A DNA stretch of 64,000 bases. Origin: an uncultured Acidimicrobiaceae bacterium (GTDB taxonomy: Bacteria; Actinomycetota; Acidimicrobiia; Acidimicrobiales; Bog-793). How positions within the stretch are numbered: position 1 is the first letter of the stretch; every line of letters begins with the position of its first letter. A model generated the notes under the pieces. It was not told where the DNA came from. It did no database searches and saw only the letters and a program-made list of their open reading frames with translations. Where the stretch lies: assembly GCA_963725215.1 (NCBI GenBank), contig CAVRXQ010000003.1:71352-135351 (forward strand), given 5' to 3'. The position numbers were made by a program, and so were the translations under genes. Positions 58,289 to 64,000 of this stretch are shown here, piece after piece.

Positions 58289-58690
58289 TCAAGCCGCCTT
58301 TGGCCGCCTGCGGTATCGGCTTCTCCAAATGCTGCGGCCGTCAGGATGCTTCGCGTCGCTCAGACGGTGACGCAGCTGCCAGATCCGCAGTGAGCCAACC
58401 ACTGCTGCGAACAGCACACCACCGATCGCGGCAAGGAGGAGAGCCACACCAAGTGGCATTGCGCCGTGGGCTGTGAAGTACGAGATCTTTACCCGCTTCG
58501 TGTTCTGGAGGATGAACACCAGCAACAGCGCGAGCACCACGGTCGCGATGATGACTCCCACCCACGTTCCTGAGATTCGAGTCCCCCGAGTCGGATGTGG
58601 TGGGGCAGTCTCGGCGAGGCTGGGCGGCGATTCGCTCGGGGTCGCGTGTAGCGGGGCATCCTCCGAAGCTGGAGGTGTGTCGGTCATCAC
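58289..58690 (-). CDS. LapA/DUF1049-like membrane protein
   Basis: 'GVIIATVVLALLLVFILQNTKRVKISYF' and 'PLGVALLLAAIGGVLFAAVVGSLRIWQLR'. Confidence 0.7.
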   Translation of the reverse strand: MMTDTPPASEDAPLHATPSESPPSLAETAPPHPTRGTRISGTWVGVIIATVVLALLLVFILQNTKRVKISYFTAHGAMPLGVALLLAAIGGVLFAAVVGSLRIWQLRHRLSDAKHPDGRSIWRSRYRRRPKAA

Positions 58691-58908
58691 AACTCCTGGT
58701 ATTCGCCGGCGGCTTCGCGCCCGGGTGGTGACGTCCGGGCTCGACGCTTGCCGACGGGACGGTCTGCCTTCTCTGGCGACAGTTTGTCATCAACGCGAAG
58801 CGAGGGATCCTGGAACGAACCTGGCGACTGCATCCGGCCTTTGTCGTCCTGCCACCAGCCTGCGGGCTTCTGCACGTATTTCGTCATCGGCGGCTTCCTC
58901 CAGGTCAA
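58687..58908 (-). CDS. Small hydrophilic hypothetical protein
   Basis: 73-aa ORF with 4-nt overlaps at both ends with neighbouring genes (translational-coupling pattern). Confidence 0.4.
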   Translation of the reverse strand: MTWRKPPMTKYVQKPAGWWQDDKGRMQSPGSFQDPSLRVDDKLSPEKADRPVGKRRARTSPPGREAAGEYQEL

Positions 58909-59192
58909 TTGGGGACCTTCGTGTTGACCAAAAGTTCCAACACCTCACCGATCGTTCGTTCTCGACCGATTGCTTCTCCGAGGGGCAAATCGGTCTGGAT
59001 GGAGTAGCGGTTGCGACGGCCGTTTTTGTCCTTCACGACGTAGCCGGATGAAATGAGGTCGGTGACGATGCCGTACGCGCTGCGCTCGGTGATGCCGACC
59101 GTCGTGGCGATGTCGCGCAACCGAACCCCGGGGTCGTGAGCGATGCAGACAAGGACTCGGGCATGATTGGTGAGGAAGCTCCACTCCGCCAT
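58905..59192 (-). CDS. Winged-helix transcriptional regulator, divergent from hsp20
   Basis: 'ARVLVCIAHDPGVRLRDIATTVGITERSAYGIVTDLISSGYVVKDKNGRRNRYSI'. Confidence 0.75.
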   Translation of the reverse strand: MAEWSFLTNHARVLVCIAHDPGVRLRDIATTVGITERSAYGIVTDLISSGYVVKDKNGRRNRYSIQTDLPLGEAIGRERTIGEVLELLVNTKVPN

Positions 59193-59327
59193 AGAGACGA
59201 AGTGTAGCAGAATATTTCTAGAAGTAGATTGCTAGTTATATGGATCTGGAGTAGAGTGAGTCACAGACCCCCAGGCCCTCCTGTCGCCGACACCGAGTTG
59301 CTCGAGAGTCAGCGAAAGGATGAAACC

Positions 59328-59765
59328 ATGTTGATGCGATTCGAACCATTCAGTGAGTTCGACCGGATCACTGAGCAGTTGAAGAGCGAACGCCGTGCTT
59401 GGCAGATCCCCGTCGACGCATACCGACGGGACGATGAGTTCAAGTTGCTGCTCGACCTGCCGGGCACCGATCCAGACTCGATCGAGGTGACCGTCGACAA
59501 CGATGTCCTCACCGTGCGAGGCACGCGCACCTGGCTCCGTTTCGATGACGACCAGATCGCGATTACCGAGCGGCCCAAGGGCGAATTCAGCCGCCAGCTG
59601 TTCCTCGGGGAGAGCCTAGATCGCAACAAGATCACGGCCTCTTACGAAGATGGCGTGCTCACCCTCACGATCCCCGTGATCGCGCAGGCGAAGCCGCGCA
59701 AGGTCAAGATCGTCCACGCAAAGGTCGCGGCAAAGCCCGTCGCCCCAGTATTGACCTCCGTGTGA
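59328..59765 (+). CDS. Hsp20/alpha-crystallin family small heat-shock protein
   Basis: 'PVDAYRRDDEFKLLLDLPGTDPDSIEVTVDNDVLTVRG' and 'GEFSRQLFLGESLDRNKITASYEDGVLTLTIP'. AAGGA precedes ATG 59328. Confidence 0.9.
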   Translation: MLMRFEPFSEFDRITEQLKSERRAWQIPVDAYRRDDEFKLLLDLPGTDPDSIEVTVDNDVLTVRGTRTWLRFDDDQIAITERPKGEFSRQLFLGESLDRNKITASYEDGVLTLTIPVIAQAKPRKVKIVHAKVAAKPVAPVLTSV

Positions 59766-59777
59766 GGTCCTAGTCGA

Positions 59778-59813
59778 ACAAGAGCGGCTCCCGCTGGAGG
59801 GAGCCGCTCTTGT
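59778..59813 (+). terminator. Perfect 15-bp stem-loop downstream of hsp20
   Basis: 'ACAAGAGCGGCTCCC' - GCTGGA - 'GGGAGCCGCTCTTGT'. No U-tract. Confidence 0.6.
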
Positions 59814-59919
59814 GAAGGCTCCTCCCAGCTCAACTTGCTCGTCGACCTGGCAGATGTTGGGCTTATCCCAAAGTGCAGAAGCGCGTACCCGAATACGCGC
59901 TGCGGACGCCGCAGCGGAT

Positions 59920-60147
59920 TTACTCTGCTCTAGGCCTCTTGAAAAGTACGGCGAGGCTTCCGTCTTCCAGGATGGTCATTCCAACCGCTTCCCAGCCCCG
60001 CTCACCTTCCTCGTTCAACGCATGGACTGCGGCGGACGCGCCGGGTGCATGCGTAGGCGGCTCGAACCGGGCAAGCGAGACGATCAAGTACTCCCAGGTT
60101 GTCACACCCCCATCTTGTCTAAAGGACGTGTCGGTTGAAACGCCCAC
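59920..60147 (-). CDS. DUF4177-like small protein
   Basis: 'WEYLIVSL...ALNEEGERGWEAVGM...GSLAVLFKRP'. Start is either GTG 60147 or GTG 60105. Confidence 0.55.
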   Translation of the reverse strand: MGVSTDTSFRQDGGVTTWEYLIVSLARFEPPTHAPGASAAVHALNEEGERGWEAVGMTILEDGSLAVLFKRPRAE

Positions 60148-60215
60148 CGGGAGGTCCGCCGCGGGAAGATATGGATTCGCGTCTGCAACTCATAGCGTCC
60201 GATGTTGGATTCTTC

Positions 60216-60238
60216 GGTGGAGGTGAGCGGACTCGAAC
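60216..60238 (-). repeat. 23-nt exact copy of the acceptor/T-arm end of module B
   Basis: 'GGTGGAGGTGAGCGGACTCGAAC' is identical to 54276-54298. Flanks are unrelated. Confidence 0.85.
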
Positions 60239-60420
60239 GCTCCCGTGAAGTACATGGGAAAATAGGTGGAGCTGAACTCCATTCGCGTGCGCTGCGAGAG
60301 CTCGTGCGCGCGCTCGATTCGGCCACGGGAGAGCAACTCGGTCACGTCGGTACGGGCCTCGTCGAGAAGTCGCGTGATACCAGCCGGCCAGTCGCGATCG
60401 TCGGGCTCAATCTTGGGCAT
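60239..60420 (-). pseudogene. 5' fragment of an unidentified gene, truncated at the 23-nt repeat
   Basis: 'MPKIEPDDRDWPAGITRLLDEARTDVTELLSRGRIERAHELSQRTRMEFSSTYFPMYF' then reads into the tRNA-like repeat. Confidence 0.35.
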
Positions 60421-60636
60421 GGGTCTTTGCCCATCTTGCTTCGCTCTAGCTCCGGGCGCGCTCCGGGCACGAAAGGGCGCGGATGAAGTCCCGCGTGCTG
60501 CCTCGAGCTACCCGCCATGATCGAGATCCCTGTCACATGACCGGCAGCGAGGATCGCATTCGCGCTGTTCGTGTCTCATGTTGGAGAAAGCTTTGCCCCG
60601 GAGTACGGTGAGCTCGACCGACCACGGAGGAAAAGC

Positions 60637-60918
60637 ATGAGCATCCTTGTGCGCTTTACAGGGGCGCCAGACATGACAGCCGCGAAGTACGACGCAGCGA
60701 TGCCCCGTATTGAGGCCTCGGGCGAGTGGCCGCCTGCAGGACTCGACTACCACGTTGCTTTCAATTCCGGTGGCACTTTCCGGGTCAGCGAAATCTGGGA
60801 TTCAACGGAGCAGTTCGAAGCGTTCGGTCAACGCCTTATGCCGATTCTCGCCGAAAGCGACATCAAACTCGCTGGGCCGCCCGAGGTCATTGACATCCAC
60901 AACATCGTCAAGCGGTAG
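60637..60918 (+). CDS. Small alpha+beta (Dabb/ABM-like) protein
   Basis: 'MSILVRFTGAPDMTAAKYDAAM...FRVSEIWDSTEQFEAFGQRLMPIL'. GGAGGA precedes ATG 60637. Confidence 0.5.
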   Translation: MSILVRFTGAPDMTAAKYDAAMPRIEASGEWPPAGLDYHVAFNSGGTFRVSEIWDSTEQFEAFGQRLMPILAESDIKLAGPPEVIDIHNIVKR

Positions 60919-61282
60919 CTGCCCCCGAGAGGCCCTTCAGAAGTGCGGACGGCCACCGATCCGATTCGAAACGCTCCGCCAACTCGCCTCTGGAATGTCG
61001 CACCTACCCGGCAGCGAGGATCGCGTTAGCGCCGAAGGATCCGTCGCTTCGTTGATGGAACTGGCAGCGTGAGGGTGAGTGCCCAAACCAGGTCTGACCC
61101 AACGAAACCGGCTGACGTCCTTGCGGACTGTCCTTTGATCGATCAGTCGACCCGGCCCGGGCACTCGCCCGACACCCACCGGTTGGACGGAGTGACCTCA
61201 TAGGAGCCTGCCGAACAGGCCCATCGCTGTCTTGTCCGTCGTCCAGCAGGTCGGTGCCACCCCACCGGCTTAAGACGAAGGG

Positions 61283-62341
61283 ATGACAGTGACCACTTTG
61301 ACACGAAGCATCACAGGAGGAGTCGACACGCACCTCGACGTGCACGTCGCGGCAGCACTCGACGATCGCGGCGCCCTCCTCGGCATCGCGAGCTTTGCGA
61401 CGAACCTCCGCGGCTATCGCGAACTGCTCACCTGGTTGCAGAGCTTTGGTGAGGTCGAGCTCGTCGGTGTCGAAGGCACCGGCTCTTATGGAGCGGGGCT
61501 CACCCGACACCTGCACGGCGCGAAGGTCCGTGTCGTCGAGATCGACCGTCCCAATCGCCAGCGTCGCCGGCGCCGAGGGAAGTCCGACCCCGAAGACGCG
61601 GTCGCCGCAGCCCGTGCCGCCAACGCGGGCGAGGCGAACGGCGTGGCAAAGACGAGAGACGGGAACGTCGAGGCCATGCGGGTGATGCGGGTCGCTCGAT
61701 CATCAGCGCGAAGGGCTCGGACCCAGGCGCTCAACCAGATGCGAAGCCTCGTCTCGACCGCACCCGAGCCGATCCGCGAAGAGCTGCGCTACCTGAACGT
61801 CTATCGGCTTCTCGAGCACTGCGTCGCTTATCGCCCCGCTGACAAACGCGATCTCGTCTCGGTCACCAAGCGCACGCTCAAGATGCTCGCCCAACGATCG
61901 GTCTCACTCGAAGAAGAGATCCGCGAGCTCGACGCGATGCTGAAGCCGCTCGTCCGCGAAACGGCACCGGAGCTCATCTCATGCTCGGGGGTCGGAACAG
62001 ACGTCGCTTCCGCCCTTCTCGTCGCCGCCGGCGACAACCCCGAACGGCTCAGAAACGAGGCGACCTTTGCTCATCTCTGTGGTGTGTCGCCGATCGACGC
62101 GAGCAGCGGCAAGCACGAACGACACCGCCTCAACAGAAGCGGCGACCGCCACGCCAATTCGGCGCTGTGGCACATCGTCATCACCCGCATGGTCTGTGAT
62201 CCGCGGACTCGCTATTACATCGAACGGCGGATGAAGGAGGGGCTGACGAAGAAGGAGGCCGTTCGCTGTCTCAAGCGCTACGTCGCCCGCGAAGTGTACG
62301 AACTATTACCTCGTCGGCATTTCGCTATTGACAGTCCATAG
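61283..62341 (+). CDS. IS110-family transposase (DEDD N-terminal and Transposase_20 C-terminal domains)
   Basis: 'GGVDTHLDVHVAA', 'VGVEGTGSYGAGL', 'SGVGTDVASALLVAAGDNPERL' and 'GKHERHRLNRSGDRHANSALW'. Confidence 0.9.
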   Translation: MTVTTLTRSITGGVDTHLDVHVAAALDDRGALLGIASFATNLRGYRELLTWLQSFGEVELVGVEGTGSYGAGLTRHLHGAKVRVVEIDRPNRQRRRRRGKSDPEDAVAAARAANAGEANGVAKTRDGNVEAMRVMRVARSSARRARTQALNQMRSLVSTAPEPIREELRYLNVYRLLEHCVAYRPADKRDLVSVTKRTLKMLAQRSVSLEEEIRELDAMLKPLVRETAPELISCSGVGTDVASALLVAAGDNPERLRNEATFAHLCGVSPIDASSGKHERHRLNRSGDRHANSALWHIVITRMVCDPRTRYYIERRMKEGLTKKEAVRCLKRYVAREVYELLPRRHFAIDSP

Positions 62342-62373
62342 GAGCATCGATCGGGGATAGTTCGGAACACTGT

Positions 62374-63608
62374 GTGTTCAAACGGTGCACGCAATAACTC
62401 CGTGAGCTATCGACGTCTCGTCGACTCACCGAGGAGGTTGCGTGATGCGTCCGAAAATGGGGCACCTCACCGCAGAGGAACGTCGTCTCGCCCGACGTCT
62501 TCGCGATCAAGGAAAGACCTTCCGCGAGATCGGTGCAGCGATTGGGTGTTCTCGTCAGTCGCGCGCACTGGGCAGTCACTCGCCCTTCAAAGCGAAGACT
62601 TCCCACTCCGCTATGGCAGCCCTCATCGGGTCACTTGTCGCTCGCTGAGCGAGAGGAGATCAGCTTCGGGATCCGCAGTGGTGCGAGCCACTCTTCGATC
62701 GCGAGATCACTCGGGCGCTCCATCTCGACTGTGTCGCGCGAGGTTGCCGCCAACGGCGGTCGAGGCGAGTATCGGGCGTGGCGAGCTCACGAGCGAGCCG
62801 AGTGTCGCTCGAAGCGCCCGAAGCCTCACAAGTTCGATCACCAGCCACTTGTCGACCAGGTATCGACGTGGCTCGGCGAGTGGTGGTCCCCGAAGGCGAT
62901 CGCCCGGCCGATTGCGCCTCGAGTTCCCACACGATCCGATGATGTGGGTGAGCCACGAGACCATCTACTTGAGCCTCTATGTGCAAGGGCGCGGAGAGCT
63001 GCGACGAGAGCTCGCGAGGTGTCTCCGCACTGGTCGAGCCCAGCGCCGCTCCCACGGCCGGCAGCGAGCCGGGGGACGGTTGCCGAACATGGTGATGATC
63101 TCGGAACGCCCGCCCGAGGTCGCCGACCGCGCCGTCCCCGGACACTGGGAAGGCGACCTCATCATCGGGAAGGACAGCGCCTCTGCTGTTGGCACCCTCG
63201 TCGAACGTTCGACGCGCTACGTGATGCTCCTGCATCTCCCTGAAGGTCGCGACGCCGAGAAAGTCGACGCGGCGATGCGAAGAGCAATCGCCACGCTGCC
63301 ACGACAGCTCGTCCGTTCCATCACCTGGGACCAAGGAAAGGAGCTCGCCCTGCACTCGTCCTTCACCATCGACACGGGCATCCAGATCTACTTCTGTGAT
63401 CCGCACAGTCCCTGGCAGCGAGGCTCGAACGAGAACACCAATGGGTTGCTTCGGCAATACATGCCGAAAGGAACCGATCTCTCAACTCACTCCGCAGAGG
63501 CTCTCGAGCTGATCGCACTCAGCCTCAACACCCGCCCACGCGAGACCCTCGGCTATCTGACACCATCAGAGAAACTTGCTGAGCTTGTTGCGTTGACCGG
63601 TTGAATCC
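62374..63608 (+). mobile_element. IS30-family element, full length but with a frameshifted transposase
   Basis: IRL is 'GTGTTCAAACGGTGCACGCAATAAC'. IRR (reverse complement) is 'GGATTCAACCGGTCAACGCAACAAG'. Lies directly after the IS110 gene. Confidence 0.75.
62442..63604 (+). pseudogene. IS30-family transposase split over three frames
   Basis: Frame switches near 62560 and near 62905. The latter shows 'WWSPKAIA|GRLRLEFPHDPMMWVSHETIY' with an extra C in a CCC run. The C-terminal DDE part 'GHWEGDLIIG...ITWDQGKELA...DPHSPWQRGSNENTNG' is intact. Confidence 0.85.
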
Positions 63609-63745
63609 GCCCACCGTCTCCTCTGAATATTTAGGGGCACCAACCCACAGGGTTCGCATCGGAGGGTTGGCTGGTAAGGCGTTGACCCTGCCCGACCTGC
63701 GGCAACAGGCGGCAGTGCGCGGCAGCTCGAGGCGGCACGCGGCAA

Positions 63746-63772
63746 GTCCGACGCGCCCTTTCGCGCCCGTGG
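63746..63772. repeat. Third copy of the 'GACGCGCCC-NTT-CGCGCCCG' motif found in the tails of modules A and B
   Basis: 'GTCCGACGCGCCCTTTCGCGCCCGTGG', compared with 'GTCGACGCGCCCGTTCGCGCCCGCG' (B) and 'GTCGACACGCCCATTCGCGCCCGTG' (A). Confidence 0.6.
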
Positions 63773-63784
63773 AGCCGCTCAGTT

Positions 63785-63941
63785 GCTCGCAGAAGCGTCG
63801 GAACGCTGGCAACTCCCACATCACGCCGAGATGACTGAAGGCGCCCTGCACATAGACGACGTCAGGGGGACCCTCGCCGAGGATCTGGTAGGCGACGTGT
63901 ACGTCGCCACTCTTGGCAAATCGTGTTCGTGGTGCATCCAC
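63785..63941 (-). pseudogene. N-terminal fragment of an alpha/beta-hydrolase-type gene
   Basis: 'RFAKSGDVHVAYQILGEGPPDVVYVQGAFSHLGVMWELPAFRRFCEQLS' and then reads into the repeat motif. Confidence 0.55.
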
Positions 63942-64000
63942 CGCGCGAGAGCCTGCTGCAACCTGGGCAGCTGGACAATCTTTCGATGGCGCTTTTTCCT

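Noticed and set aside
61004-61516. 170-aa minus-strand ORF overlapping the IS110 start
   Set aside because: It overlaps the 5' end of the strongly supported IS110 transposase on the other strand, and no domain is recognisable.

Overview
High-GC, Actinomycetota-like chromosomal window in two parts.

**Core, about 1-44 kb.** This is conserved housekeeping DNA. It holds the cluster glmU-prs-(rplY/ctc)-pth-mfd-mazG-eno-ftsB-DUF501-ppx, the same gene set as M. tuberculosis Rv1014c-Rv1026. Around it lie glycosyltransferases, MFS/ABC transporters with their TetR, MarR and PadR regulators, two M16 peptidases, and small redox or acetyltransferase genes.

**Accessory, about 44-64 kb.** This part is visibly less GC-rich.
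- A stress-type gene set: HdeD, a UPF0104 flippase-like protein, BON, PLDc_N-SHOCT, DUF2252 and LuxR.
- A 706-aa S/T-rich wall-anchored protein.
- A divergent wHTH-Hsp20 pair.
- A dense mobile-element graveyard. An IS3-family element has been split by an intact second IS3 and by an internally deleted IS30. An IS110 transposase gene and a frameshifted IS30 follow.

**Most unusual signal.** A family of non-coding modules starts with a tRNA-like acceptor/T-arm. Two long paralogous copies start at 51408 and 54275, and there is a decayed tRNA-like sequence at 58181. Short pieces at 60216 and 63746 sit exactly at junctions with truncated genes. I read these as remnants of serial integration at a tRNA, or as an undescribed tRNA-like module. 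I could not fold a full cloverleaf by eye.

**Second recurring theme.** Single-base frameshifts occur in otherwise well-conserved genes (PPOX, DinB/DUF664, a small ORF, IS30, and the DUF501/ppx junction). This indicates either indel errors in the assembly or ongoing pseudogenisation.

No rRNA, CRISPR array or recognisable defence system was seen. All family assignments come from motif recognition by eye, not from searches.
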